Source: Candidatus Latescibacterota bacterium
GTDB lineage: Bacteria; Latescibacterota; UBA2968; GCA-2709665
Length of the DNA stretch: 64,000 nucleotides
Reading direction: 5' to 3'
Assembly (NCBI GenBank): GCA_963662665.2
Contig: CAXXJS010000040.1
Location: forward strand, 192,001 to 256,000
How positions within the stretch are numbered: the first letter of the stretch is position 1; each line of letters begins with the position of its first letter. A program made the translations under genes and the position numbers. Shown in pieces: positions 52,563 to 62,736 of the stretch. The notes under the pieces were generated by a model. It did not search any database and was not told where the DNA came from. It saw only the letters and a list, made by a program, of their open reading frames with translations.

Positions 52563-54935
52563 TCAAAGCCCGAAACCGCCCCGGCGATGTTCCAGTTTGA
52601 TCTGGGGGAAATCCTTGATATTGAGCTTGAAATGAAAGCCCTTGTTGAAGCCGGTGGGATACCAGCTGAGCGTGGCCTGCCAGCAGTGCAGGTCTCTGTA
52701 GACGTAGAGCGTCTGTGAGATTAGCCGGGTGTTGATCAAGTCGTAGTTTATTGAATAGTTGAAGCGCCATACACGCGTGGGATTCAATGCCAGGTCCGCT
52801 TTCACCCAGGAGCGCCTGGTCGAACCGGAGCCCGGGGTGAAAGGCGCCCGATGGCTGAAATAGTGACCCAGGTTGAAATGCCAGGGTTGGGTGGCGTCGC
52901 CAAAGTCGCGGTAGACGTCGTCTTCAAAGTTAAAACCGGTACCGTGGACGGGCAGCATGGACCCCCGGTATTGGCGCCGATCGGATCGGCCTTCGGTGCG
53001 GCCGCTGAAGCGGAGGCTGGTGTTGACCGTGAGGCTGCGCAGATGAGGACGATACAGATTCAGACGATCCAGTGCATCATAGAACCTGTGGGTCATGTTG
53101 AGACGAACGTCTATCCGGCGGGCTGGCTTTATGGAGGCTGAAGTACGCAGATCACGCCATTTTCCCGTCGGATTGGTGTCGAAGTCGTACCCGGTCGATA
53201 AACTCGCCGTGGCGAAAGTGGATCGCCGTACTTTGCCGTCGGCCTCGGTTTTGATTTCGATCGTGTTATTGAGGCGCAAATTGAGTGTGCGCCTGGGGTC
53301 GTTCCAGTCCCGGCGGCCGTGGAAACCCAGGGTGGCGCCGTCCACCGTTGCGTTCTGGTAGTACCTGAAGTCTATCTGCGGCTGGAACCGGTGGCGGATT
53401 CCCCTGAGCCGTCCAACGTGAGGCTGAAAAATGCCATAGAGCGCAGTGCCCGCGGCCATACTGGCATTGTAGGATTCACGGCGCGTACGGGCGTCCCGGT
53501 TCAGACGTGAGGAGGTCTGACTGACGTTGAACCGGTGGGTGAGATCCAGCCAGCCGAAGGGTCGGTGCTGGCTGCTTGCGCCGAAGCGGGAGTTCAGGGT
53601 CAGATTGTGGGTGTTGTCGGCCTCATCCTCGTTGCGCGTGAAAACGTTCGTCAATCCGCCGGAAACGTCGTAATAGAACGCGTGGTACCAAAGAGCTTCC
53701 CGGTTCGATTCGGGTTGACCGAAAATACGTCGCCTGCCCTGGCGGAACGAAAGGCGGGGGAATCCCTGGAACCGGTTCTGATTCTCGTCGAGGTCACGGT
53801 AGTAGTTGAGATTGAGATCCATGCTTCGACGGGCTTCGGTCCAGCGCTTGTCAATGGAAAAAGACGACCGGAGTTGCCGGTTCAGGTATCGATAGAGATT
53901 GTTGGCGTTGTGAAGGTCGAAGCTGGAACTGTTGGTGAAATCACCCCTGGCCCTCATGTTGAGCGTTCGGTTCAGCCGATGCTGATGGTGGAAGTTCAAA
54001 CGCCAGGCGCGGCGGGCATCGCCGGAAGGCTCTCGCCCGCGTTCATAGGAGAGGTTCATGTACCCGCTGAGTCGTTTGCGCACGGCGTAGTCGATGCCCG
54101 TGTCAAAAAGGAATCCATTGCGTTCGCGCAGGGCTGTCTTGAACGTAGCATCCCAATAGTCGCTGGGCGCCCAATAGTATCCGATGTTGCTTACGTTCAC
54201 GCCGTCGCGGCTATTGCTGCCTACCCTGGGGGTTAGAATGCCGGAGCGTCTGCCCTGAGTGAGCGGAAACACGTAGAACGGGAGCCACATGACCGGGACC
54301 GGACCGATGCGAAACGTAACCGAACGGGCGATGGCTTTGTCATTCTCCACGACCTTCAGCGCCTGGCATAGAAAGTCGTAGTGGGTGTGGTCCAGGTCGC
54401 AGGAGGACATGGAAACCGTACGGGCATGAAGTTCACGGTGTCGATCCAGTAGGATCTGCTCACCCCTGTAATATCGCCTCCGATGGCGCGCCCGGCCACC
54501 CCGCACGCGGCCGCGGCCGGTCTCCAGGTTATAGACCATCGACGAACCGGTGAACCGCTCCCCGCGCCGGTTAAACTCAGGCATACCAACGGTCTTTCTT
54601 CCGGTGGAATCCTTCAGCGCTTCGGCCTCCATACGTTTTTCCTTACGATAGAGCACGATGCGTCCTGCTCGCAGTTCCACGTCTCGATATTTGAGTACGG
54701 CATTTCCCGTAAAGACGACGCGCCCCGTCGCGATATCATCCACGACTTGATCGGCCTCGTATTCGTAAAGCAGGGAGTCCGGCGCCGTCGCGTCCCGGCG
54801 GACGGGAAGCGGGCCTGGTTCTCCCTGCGCGAACGCGACATTGCCCGGGCATACCACCAGGAAGACTAACGCAGCGGAGGCGACGTGGATCGCCTTCCGG
54901 ATAACAGTAGCCGTATTTACTCTTGACTTGGTCAT
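52563..54935 (-). CDS. lptD: LPS assembly protein LptD-like
   Basis: OstA-like N-terminus, RRSGILTP, GYYWAPSDYWD and YRDLHCW. Confidence 0.85.
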   Translation of the reverse strand: MTKSRVNTATVIRKAIHVASAALVFLVVCPGNVAFAQGEPGPLPVRRDATAPDSLLYEYEADQVVDDIATGRVVFTGNAVLKYRDVELRAGRIVLYRKEKRMEAEALKDSTGRKTVGMPEFNRRGERFTGSSMVYNLETGRGRVRGGRARHRRRYYRGEQILLDRHRELHARTVSMSSCDLDHTHYDFLCQALKVVENDKAIARSVTFRIGPVPVMWLPFYVFPLTQGRRSGILTPRVGSNSRDGVNVSNIGYYWAPSDYWDATFKTALRERNGFLFDTGIDYAVRKRLSGYMNLSYERGREPSGDARRAWRLNFHHQHRLNRTLNMRARGDFTNSSSFDLHNANNLYRYLNRQLRSSFSIDKRWTEARRSMDLNLNYYRDLDENQNRFQGFPRLSFRQGRRRIFGQPESNREALWYHAFYYDVSGGLTNVFTRNEDEADNTHNLTLNSRFGASSQHRPFGWLDLTHRFNVSQTSSRLNRDARTRRESYNASMAAGTALYGIFQPHVGRLRGIRHRFQPQIDFRYYQNATVDGATLGFHGRRDWNDPRRTLNLRLNNTIEIKTEADGKVRRSTFATASLSTGYDFDTNPTGKWRDLRTSASIKPARRIDVRLNMTHRFYDALDRLNLYRPHLRSLTVNTSLRFSGRTEGRSDRRQYRGSMLPVHGTGFNFEDDVYRDFGDATQPWHFNLGHYFSHRAPFTPGSGSTRRSWVKADLALNPTRVWRFNYSINYDLINTRLISQTLYVYRDLHCWQATLSWYPTGFNKGFHFKLNIKDFPQIKLEHRRGGFGL

Positions 54936-55117
54936 ATGTCGGCGGCGACGCCTGCTTCCGCGTATGATCGCCGGAAACGGGCGGGGAAAAGCAACTGCGC
55001 ATCACTGGAAGGATCGACGGCCGAACCTGATCACGGATCTGGTGTTCTATCCCCGTTTTCACATTTCCAGGCGCTCCGAACGTGGACAACCCCATATTCA
55101 GCAACGGACAATTCCGG

Positions 55118-55147
55118 TTGACTTTTTTACGTTTTACGCGTTATTAT
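55118..55147 (+). promoter_or_regulatory. Sigma70-like promoter for tRNA-Leu
   Basis: TTGACT-N18-TATTAT followed by a GC-rich discriminator. Confidence 0.55.
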
Positions 55148-55230
55148 AGGCGGCGTCTCCGGCGCACCGAACAGGTTGGAAATGATTTTCAGATTGAAAT
55201 CTCGTGGAAATTTAACTTATTGTAATTAAT

Positions 55231-55316
55231 GCGGAAGTGGTGGAATTGGCAGACACGTCAGATTTAGGATCTGGTGGGCAATGCCCGTGGGGGTTCGAAT
55301 CCCCCCTTCCGCACCA
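55231..55316 (+). tRNA. tRNA-Leu(TAG)
   Basis: GCGGAAG/CTTCCGC acceptor stem, anticodon loop TT-TAG-GA, long variable arm, GGTTCGAATCC and encoded CCA. Confidence 0.96.
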
Positions 55317-55350
55317 GCGTTGATGCCGGACGGCGGGCTCCGAAAATCCG

Positions 55351-55390
55351 GGCCGTGCGCTGAAGTTATTCTGGTGCACGGCTTTCCTCT
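55351..55390 (+). terminator. Probable terminator after the tRNA
   Basis: GCCGTGC...GCACGGC stem followed by TTTCCTCTT. Confidence 0.5.
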
Positions 55391-55494
55391 TGTACATGCG
55401 ATCTTAGGCGAATCCGTCAGCCGGCGCTGTGGTCCCGCGCGCCTCATAACCGAAACCTGTTAGATGCGGGCCCGGGAACCCAACGGGCTGTTAG

Positions 55495-55817
55495 CAGTCC
55501 GTTGAAAAAGTCGCTCTGCAGGCGAGGTATGGTGTCCCGTCCCTGAAATATGTCACCATTCAGCCGCCGATTCATCCCGTCTCGCCGCGTTGCCCTCGCT
55601 CTCCGACCTTGCACAGGTCGTCTCGCTCAGGCGCCTTGCCTGCCGGGCGACTCGGCGGCTGAATTTCGGCAATCTATTTCCGGGACAGAACACTTGCCAT
55701 TGTGGCCGAAGACAAGGCGCGCGACCGCGTCGAATCGGGGATTCGGGGAGGGAGCGCAACGCAGTCATTCGGCCACAAGGGCCGGACGCAGACCGGATGG
55801 ACTTTTTCAACGGGCTG
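55495..55817. mobile_element. MITE-like non-autonomous element (323 bp)
   Basis: TIRs CAGTCCGTTGAAAAAGTC / GACTTTTTCAACGGGCTG (17/18); TTAG on both sides; no transposase. Confidence 0.8.
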
Positions 55818-55901
55818 TTAGGGCAACTTCTGAATGAATATTCCGTTTTTCGGCAGGCGAGTCAAGCCGAATCCCGGATATATGAACACCGGGGAGCGAT
55901 A

Positions 55902-57176
55902 ATGGAGCAGCTTGCGTTCTTGACCGAGGAGACCGTCCGAGAGATCAGGCGCCGGTTTGGCACGCCCGTCTTCGTCTACGACCAGGAGACATTGGAAGCC
56001 CGCGCCAGGGATCTGTTGGACTTTCCCAATGCGTATGGATTGACCGCCCGGTACGCGATGAAGGCGTTACCCACGGCGGCTGTCGTTAGAATTCTGAACC
56101 GGGCGGGTCTGCACATCGACGCCAGCAGCGGATACGAAGTGGAGCGGGCCATACAGGCGGGCGTACCTCCGGAGCAGGTCCAGCTCACGGCGCAGCGTAC
56201 GCCGCGAAATCTGGAAGCCCTGGTGAGACAGGGCGTCAGATTCAATGCCTGTTCGCTGCAACAACTGCGGAATTTTGGTGAACTGTTTCCGGGTTGTTCA
56301 CTGACCGTACGAATCAACCCCGGTCTCGGTTCGGGTCACAGCAAGAAGACCAACGTGGGTGGTCCATCCGCCAGTTTCGGGATCTGGCACGAATACCTGG
56401 ATGAGGTCCAGGCCATTGCAAAGGCTTGCCGATTGAGGATTACGAGCATGCATACCCACATCGGCTCCGGCAGCGATCCCGAGGTATGGGAACACTGCGC
56501 GATGATATCGCTGCGCATTGCCTCGCTGCTTCCTGAGGTGGAGGTGCTCAGCCTCGGCGGAGGGTTCAAGGTGGGGCGTATGGCTGGGGAAGCGTCTACC
56601 GACCTGAAGCGAATCGGACTGCATGTTCTGGAAGCGTTCCGAGCCTTTGGGAGCGAACGGGGGCGCAGACTTCGGCTCGAGGTGGAGCCGGGTACCTATC
56701 TGGTGGCCAATGCAGGGGCGCTGATCTGTTCCGTTATCGACTGTGTCGATACCGGCAGGAACGGGTACGATTTCCTGAAGGTGGACGCCGGTATGACCGA
56801 ACTATTGCGTATCAGCCTTTACGGCGCACAGCACCCGATCGTGACCGTGCCCGCGCAGCCGGAGACGCGCCGTTTAAGGGAATACCTGATTGCCGGCCAT
56901 TGCTGTGAAAGCGGGGACGTGCTGACGCCCGCGCCTGGCGATCCGGAGGGTTTGCAGCCCCGGCTGCTCGCCGAGGCGAGGATGGGCGATCTGCTTGCGG
57001 TGGGTGGGTCCGGCGCGTACTGTTCCGCGATGGCGTCCAAGAATTACAATTCGTTTCCGGAGGCCGCCGAGGTCTTACAGGCCCGGGACGGCACACTGCA
57101 CCAGATTCGGAAACGACAGACGCTGCATCAGATTACGATAAATGAGGAAATGCCGGATTTTCTGGATCCCGGATAA
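55902..57176 (+). CDS. lysA: Diaminopimelate decarboxylase
   Basis: FGTPVFVY, YAMKA, RINPG, HTHIGSG, LGGGF, EPG, GHCCESGD and GAYC; GGGGAG RBS before ATG 55902. Confidence 0.93.
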   Translation: MEQLAFLTEETVREIRRRFGTPVFVYDQETLEARARDLLDFPNAYGLTARYAMKALPTAAVVRILNRAGLHIDASSGYEVERAIQAGVPPEQVQLTAQRTPRNLEALVRQGVRFNACSLQQLRNFGELFPGCSLTVRINPGLGSGHSKKTNVGGPSASFGIWHEYLDEVQAIAKACRLRITSMHTHIGSGSDPEVWEHCAMISLRIASLLPEVEVLSLGGGFKVGRMAGEASTDLKRIGLHVLEAFRAFGSERGRRLRLEVEPGTYLVANAGALICSVIDCVDTGRNGYDFLKVDAGMTELLRISLYGAQHPIVTVPAQPETRRLREYLIAGHCCESGDVLTPAPGDPEGLQPRLLAEARMGDLLAVGGSGAYCSAMASKNYNSFPEAAEVLQARDGTLHQIRKRQTLHQITINEEMPDFLDPG

Positions 57177-57364
57177 ATGACGCGCCAGCGTGGCAGTGTG
57201 GATGAATTGGACGTCGCGTTGTTCGTGTGCGCCTCGCTCCTCCAGGAAAACTCTGCTCCCTTTCCTCGTCTCACCGTATTGTGGCCAAATCTACATCCAA
57301 CACGGCCGCATTGACCGGGCCCCTCCGGTCGCGAGCGCGTGGAACCCGCTCCCCGAAACCCGGA

Positions 57365-59224
57365 TCATTCTGAGACCCGGTAGCTGTAAAGGTGGGATCC
57401 GCTGCCGAAATAGATGCGGCCATCCAGGATGTCTCCTCCAGGACCCACGGGTACCGGCGATTCCGCGAGCATCCGTATGTCATATGATTTGGGTTCCACA
57501 ACGGCAATGCCCTTCGTGAAGAGGATGTATATGGCGCCGTCCGGCGCCGTGACAAATACCCTGGGGCCCTGCTGCGAGGTCGTGGGACCGAACCCGGACT
57601 CGAGTTCTTGCTGGTGGATCACCCTTCTGTCGTTGGGATCGAAGACGAAAAACCGCTTTCGATCGGCGATGCCGTAGACGACGCCCTGTGGCCCCGAGCA
57701 CATATCGGTATACCCCTGCACACCCGGGAAGACCACCCCGTGCCAGTCGAGTTGCCTGGTTTTCAGGTCCATAATGTAGAGTTCTGCTTCGTCGGCCTTC
57801 TGTTCGCCGCCCGTGCCGGCGCTGGTGGTTGTACCACCCAGAAGCTTGTCGTTGGACAGGGGAACCAGGCTCATCGTGGAAAGGTCGGGCAGGACGTCGG
57901 TATGTTCGAGCAGGGTGTGCTCGCGGGTGTCCCTGTCCCAGAATAGCATGCCGCCACCGGTTAGCCCGTACCCGGGGGTGCCGGCAAGCACCACGGTTTT
58001 TCCGCCCGGATGGGCAAGCAGCATATGGGGTCGGTTGATAACTTCGTGGCATTCGTAAAGCAGTTCCGGATTGCAGCCGGTTTTGCCCCGTTCGGTGGGT
58101 ATCCATGGTTTGGCGGGGTCCCATTCTTCCAGCAGACCGTGCGTATATGCACCTACAAAGAACATGTCGCCCTCTCTCGCGACGGTATTCCACTGCCCCA
58201 GGGCCGGGCGGTTGATCCAGGTGTCGGTGTCCGGATTGAAGCTGAAAAAGTGCATCGGAAAGGCGGTACCCCCGCAGATGGTGTTGTCCGGAGCTGTAGC
58301 AACGCCCATGATGTGGGCGCCTTCGCTGGTGTAGTCGAAGGAAACTTCGCGGGTCTCGCCGGAACCGGGATCCTCGACCGCGAGCGTGCGATCGACCAGG
58401 CTGCAGGCGACCATACGTTTGCCGTCTGGAAATTCGGTGTGGAACAGGCCCTGGCTGCCGGCTATGATGGTTTTTTCGCGCCGGTTCTCAATCTTGCCGA
58501 TATCCGTTCTCGCACCTCGGTACAGTTGCATCCATCCGTCTTCCGAACCGCCGCTAGTGTGACCGTAGACCTTCCCGTTGAGGTCGCGGTACACAGCCGC
58601 GTGAGCCTGGGTTCGTTCGTCTTCGGCCAGGAGGGGCTCGGCGCCGCCGGTATCCGGGTCCAGGGAGATGATCTGGCTGGCCGTGCTGCCAATGCCGAAA
58701 TAGACCCACCCCGTATCGTCAGCGGCGATGGCGCGAGGATACTGCCGCCAGTTCTGGTCGTAAAGGTTACCGTAGTCACGGAATTCCCCGGTGCGCGGGT
58801 TATAGGATGCCACCGCGCTGTTCGGATAGGTTCCCGACCAGATGCGGCCGTCGTCGTCCTCGGTCATGCTCATGGCCATCTGCGGAAGGGTCTTGTGGTG
58901 GAAGGTGAATGCGCGAGCCTCGGGGTCGAATTCCACAAAGTGGCTGTTGAAGTGGGTATAATACCTGTTTCTGCTGGACAGAATGGCTGCAAACGGACCG
59001 TCGCCTCCCGGTGGATAGGGCATGGGAAACTCTTCGCTCTTACCGGTTGCCGCATCGATCATCAGAAGGGCGTACCCACCCCGGTTGTCATAAAGCCAGA
59101 TGAGTACAACGTTGCGGCCCTCGCCGTCTACGGTAACGGCGGTTCCCCGGTGGTTGCTGATGGGCGTCGCGACGCCGTGATGGAAAAAGCCGTTGCCCAA
59201 TTCTTCGGTATTGGAACCAGACAT
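57365..59224 (-). CDS. Beta-propeller repeat protein
   Basis: Recurrent D-G-x-I/V-W/Y-x-G blades and FDP/YNP turns; GGAGG RBS. Confidence 0.75.
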   Translation of the reverse strand: MSGSNTEELGNGFFHHGVATPISNHRGTAVTVDGEGRNVVLIWLYDNRGGYALLMIDAATGKSEEFPMPYPPGGDGPFAAILSSRNRYYTHFNSHFVEFDPEARAFTFHHKTLPQMAMSMTEDDDGRIWSGTYPNSAVASYNPRTGEFRDYGNLYDQNWRQYPRAIAADDTGWVYFGIGSTASQIISLDPDTGGAEPLLAEDERTQAHAAVYRDLNGKVYGHTSGGSEDGWMQLYRGARTDIGKIENRREKTIIAGSQGLFHTEFPDGKRMVACSLVDRTLAVEDPGSGETREVSFDYTSEGAHIMGVATAPDNTICGGTAFPMHFFSFNPDTDTWINRPALGQWNTVAREGDMFFVGAYTHGLLEEWDPAKPWIPTERGKTGCNPELLYECHEVINRPHMLLAHPGGKTVVLAGTPGYGLTGGGMLFWDRDTREHTLLEHTDVLPDLSTMSLVPLSNDKLLGGTTTSAGTGGEQKADEAELYIMDLKTRQLDWHGVVFPGVQGYTDMCSGPQGVVYGIADRKRFFVFDPNDRRVIHQQELESGFGPTTSQQGPRVFVTAPDGAIYILFTKGIAVVEPKSYDIRMLAESPVPVGPGGDILDGRIYFGSGSHLYSYRVSE

Positions 59225-59352
59225 GGGATTGCCTCCGTTGGGTTACCGTACGGAATTCGGGAGCCGGCGCCTCGGAAGAGGGGCTGGTCGATTTGAACGA
59301 ATATAATATCCGGGTGGCGGGAGAAAAACCGATTTTGGAGGACGATCCCCAA

Positions 59353-59370
59353 CAGTCCGTTGAAAAAGAC
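59353..59370 (+). repeat. Solo copy of the MITE terminal repeat
   Basis: CAGTCCGTTGAAAAAGAC matches 55495-55512 at 17/18. Confidence 0.75.
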
Positions 59371-59556
59371 CATTCGGGCTGCCAAGTCCTGAATAGGGGT
59401 CCGCGTGTACGTTTTCGGGGTTGTGGCGGGGGGCTGCCTGACGGCAAAGGGAGGGAGAGGGAATCGAAGGTCTCGTTGACGCTGTCGACCGCGAGGTCGT
59501 GGCCGAAAGGTTTTCCGTTTCCATCGGCGCGTCGGCGCAGGCGTTCCCCATAAAAA

Positions 59557-60975
59557 TCAAGCGCTTCGGTGGGAATCGGCACCGCCGCCGGGTCGGATCT
59601 GTGTGAGCGCGAGCGTTAGCGCGGCTTCAGGATCGGCCGCAGCAAGGAGCCCGCAGGCGTACAGGACGTGATTCCGGTCCAGCAGCAACCGCGGCTTACA
59701 GGGTTTCAGCGAGAACGGATCGACCGCATCCGCGAGGGCCATCTCCAGAATTTCATCCGGCTTTCCGGACGCGGCCAGAACGCCGCCCGTACCCACGACG
59801 GCGCTGACGTCGGTGAGGTCTTTGCCGCGCTGGACGACGACCGGCCCGCCGGTCGTATGAACGGTCTCGACCGATCCGGCATGCCGGCTTACCGCAATGC
59901 GTACCGCGGCGCGGGCAAGGGCGCGGTCGACCATCCGGTCTTCGAAATCGCCAGGCAATCCTGCGACGCACCCGTGTACAGCGCGGACGATTGCTTCCAC
60001 CCGTGTGGCCGGCAGGCCGGCGTCGGTGGCCACGGCCTCCAGACCTGCGGCTTCCAGCACGGATAATGCGTTGTGACGCATTCCAAGGTCGCCCTCCACT
60101 GTACGTTTGGCGTACGGTTCCGGCAACGGGTCGGCCGAAACGCTACCCAGGGTGGACTCCCCCGCGCAAATAGAATGCACATCGGTCGTCGAGCCGCCGA
60201 CGTCCACCGCCACCAGCGTTCCCAGACCCGTTCGTTGACCGTCGCCGTCAGCCAGAAGCCGCGCACCTTCCAGAACGGCTGCCGGCGTGGGCATCAGAAC
60301 CAGATCGAACATCCCGTTCACGCGATCGATTCCTTTAGCGTGGACGAAGTGTTTAATGAAGATTCTTCGGATTTCCTCGCGTGCGGGCTCGATATTCAGT
60401 ACGCCGTATGACGGCATTACGTTCTCGGTTAACGCAACGTGCTTGCCGGCGGCTTTGAGTACATCGTTTATCCTGGCAGCGGCCGCAAGGTTTCCAGCGA
60501 CCACCACCGGGCAGCGAATCGGGAGAGTTGCGAGTGTCAGCGCATTCGCGACAATGACCTCGCTGTTGCCTCCGTCCGTACCGCCTGCCAGCAAAATGAT
60601 ATCCGGATTGAGGCAGGCGATTCTGTCGGCGTCCGCGCGGGTCAACTCATACGCGAACGCGTCAATCAGTTTCGCTCCCGCTCCAAGCGCCGCCTGTCGG
60701 GCCGCTTCGGCGGTCAACTCGCGGACCAGGCCGACCGTAACCAGACGGAGACCGCCAGCGGCGCTGCTGCAGGCCAGTCTGTAGCGGAAACGCGGTGGCT
60801 CGCGCAAGCTTTGGCGCAGAATCCGGAGGGCCTCTTTGAACCCAACCGTTACGTCCGTTTCCACCGTGGAGGGCGCCTGGCCGGAAGCAAGAAGCCGACC
60901 GCTGCTGAGATCGACGGCTCTCAACTTGGTGTAGGTACTGCCGAAATCGATAAGCAGTGCCACCGAGGCGCTCAT
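59557..60975 (-). CDS. glmL: Glutamate/methylaspartate mutase accessory protein
   Basis: IDFGSTYTK, ACSSAAGGL, AALGAGAK, LLAGGTDGG, MPTP, VDVGGSTTDVHS, KRTVEGDLGMR and GTGG. Confidence 0.9.
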   Translation of the reverse strand: MSASVALLIDFGSTYTKLRAVDLSSGRLLASGQAPSTVETDVTVGFKEALRILRQSLREPPRFRYRLACSSAAGGLRLVTVGLVRELTAEAARQAALGAGAKLIDAFAYELTRADADRIACLNPDIILLAGGTDGGNSEVIVANALTLATLPIRCPVVVAGNLAAAARINDVLKAAGKHVALTENVMPSYGVLNIEPAREEIRRIFIKHFVHAKGIDRVNGMFDLVLMPTPAAVLEGARLLADGDGQRTGLGTLVAVDVGGSTTDVHSICAGESTLGSVSADPLPEPYAKRTVEGDLGMRHNALSVLEAAGLEAVATDAGLPATRVEAIVRAVHGCVAGLPGDFEDRMVDRALARAAVRIAVSRHAGSVETVHTTGGPVVVQRGKDLTDVSAVVGTGGVLAASGKPDEILEMALADAVDPFSLKPCKPRLLLDRNHVLYACGLLAAADPEAALTLALTQIRPGGGADSHRSA

Positions 60976-61421
60976 GGATGGCCTTTGCGAATTGCGCCCG
61001 TGCGCGCCTGGAAGTCCCGTTTGAGTGCGGAGATCACGTCGTCCGGACGCGTTCCGGGAGGAAAGGCCCGGTCGAAACCCATATTGAGAAAGCGGTTTTC
61101 CGCGTTGCACCAGTCCTGATTGCGAACGACCAGGTTGCCGCCGACATAGATCAGAATCTCTCCGACTCCCGCCTCGATACAAATCTCGCGGAAGCCGCGG
61201 CAGTCGAGTTCGGCCTGTCCGCACAGCGAGGAAACCAGGATGCCGTCGGCGTCGGTTTCCACAGCCGCGTTGACGAATTCGAAGGGAGGCGTAAGGGCCC
61301 CCAGCGACACAACGTTGAATCCCGCCTTTTCCAGGGCCGTGCTGAGGACTCGCGTGCCGACAATGTGGCGATCCGATCCAATCACGCCGGTGATCAGTGT
61401 TTTCGATTCATTGGACTGCAT
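60972..61421 (-). CDS. mamA: Methylaspartate/glutamate mutase S (B12-binding) subunit
   Basis: GVIGSDRHIVG (DxHxxG), VSSLCG, YVGGNLV and MGFDRAFPPGT. Confidence 0.88.
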   Translation of the reverse strand: MQSNESKTLITGVIGSDRHIVGTRVLSTALEKAGFNVVSLGALTPPFEFVNAAVETDADGILVSSLCGQAELDCRGFREICIEAGVGEILIYVGGNLVVRNQDWCNAENRFLNMGFDRAFPPGTRPDDVISALKRDFQARTGAIRKGHP

Positions 61422-61539
61422 CGCGCGTTAAATCTCTGTCAATCGAATCCGGCTGTCAATTGAAACACCAGATACAGGAGCACCTTGATACGATGGTGTG
61501 GCGCAACGGGTTTCGGTGCATAGCCGGCAGGCGCGCCTC

Positions 61540-62736
61540 TCATCCGTAGCGCTGCGCCCATCGACGTACGATGCGGCTCAGGTGCCCGAGGCGGACTCGC
61601 CCCACCTGGGGGTATACGGGAAGGAACAGAAGTTGCGACAGAAGCGCTATGGCGGAGGTCGGCACCTGGCCCGGCAGATTGCGATCGGGCTCGACTACGC
61701 ACAGCGACGGTGGCCACAGATGTGCGTCAAGGCCTGCATCCCAAAGCCGCCGGCACAGGTCTGCAGCGTCACCGACCCTGACGGCGAAGAGCCAGTAGGA
61801 GTGTTTCACGCTACGGCCGGGGTAGCAGAGGAACGGAACGCTGCGATGAAATGCCTGGGCTTCCGGACGGCAGCCCCTGGGCTTGCCGGCATTGGAACGC
61901 ATGCGCCTCGACAACAAATTCAAGAGGGCGCCGCAGGGCTGGCGGCGGATTTTTCTGAGCAATTCCAGTCCTCTGAAACCACGCGTGGCCCGGTAGCTCA
62001 CGGAATCGTGGGACATGCCCAACAGGCGGCACGCGGCGCATAGAAGGGTATATGGCCCCGGCCTGTTGAGCACGAGAACAACGCCGTATTTTGCCAGGCG
62101 CAAGAAGAACCACCCGTTGCTCTGCACGGGATAACTGCTGTGCAGCCGTCTGACGTTTTCACGAAGGACGGGATCGCCCACAAAGAGGAGGCCTCCGCCC
62201 AACGCGGAATTGTACTTGATAGGCCCGAAACTGAACATGCGCACGTCACTGTCCGGATGACCTGTGAAGCCGTCTCCCCGATGCGCCTGGGCGCAGTCTT
62301 CAAACAGCACGAGGCCGTGTCGTTTGGCGAAGCCTACAAGGGGATCCATGGGGATGCGGGCGCCGAACAAATGGGTCGCCAGCAGGGCAACCGTCCTGGG
62401 CGTAAGCCCGCTTTTCAGGCTGGCCGGATCCGGTTCAAGCGTGAGTGGATCCAGGTCAACCGGGACGGGTACGAGTCCGTGGCTCCGGATGATTTCAAGT
62501 ATGTCGGGAATGGTGATGGCGGAGACCAGGATGTGCGAACCACGGGGAAACCGGGCTGCCTGGAGACAGGCATCGAAGCCGCTGCGAAGCGAAAGAAAAA
62601 ACAGGGCCTCGCCGGGGGCGCTGGTGCTTGCCCGGCAGGCAGCGTGACCTTCCGCGCGCCGGTCGCCCAGGAGGCATTGGCCCATGCCGAAGAAGAGATC
62701 GCGCCAGCCGATATCCAGTCTTTTTCGAGGAATCAT
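61540..62736 (-). CDS. DegT/DnrJ/EryC1/StrS family PLP-dependent protein
   Basis: PVPVDLD, THLFG, EDCAQA and FSFGPIK...GGG. Confidence 0.88.
   Translation of the reverse strand: MIPRKRLDIGWRDLFFGMGQCLLGDRRAEGHAACRASTSAPGEALFFLSLRSGFDACLQAARFPRGSHILVSAITIPDILEIIRSHGLVPVPVDLDPLTLEPDPASLKSGLTPRTVALLATHLFGARIPMDPLVGFAKRHGLVLFEDCAQAHRGDGFTGHPDSDVRMFSFGPIKYNSALGGGLLFVGDPVLRENVRRLHSSYPVQSNGWFFLRLAKYGVVLVLNRPGPYTLLCAACRLLGMSHDSVSYRATRGFRGLELLRKIRRQPCGALLNLLSRRMRSNAGKPRGCRPEAQAFHRSVPFLCYPGRSVKHSYWLFAVRVGDAADLCRRLWDAGLDAHLWPPSLCVVEPDRNLPGQVPTSAIALLSQLLFLPVYPQVGRVRLGHLSRIVRRWAQRYG

Noticed and set aside
55210-55237. dif-like 28-mer on the minus strand (CTTCCGCATTA-ATTACA-ATAAGTTAAAT)
   Set aside because: Spacing fits, but the conserved inner TAA/TTAT bases are mismatched and one arm is explained by the tRNA acceptor stem
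55231-55316. tRNA as an integration site for an island
   Set aside because: No integrase and no duplicated tRNA 3' end seen in the window
55500-55900. Lysine riboswitch upstream of lysA
   Set aside because: The region is accounted for by a TIR-bounded element and no riboswitch core motifs were recognised
61425-61540. Cobalamin riboswitch upstream of the B12-binding subunit
   Set aside because: The gap is short and no B12-box was recognised
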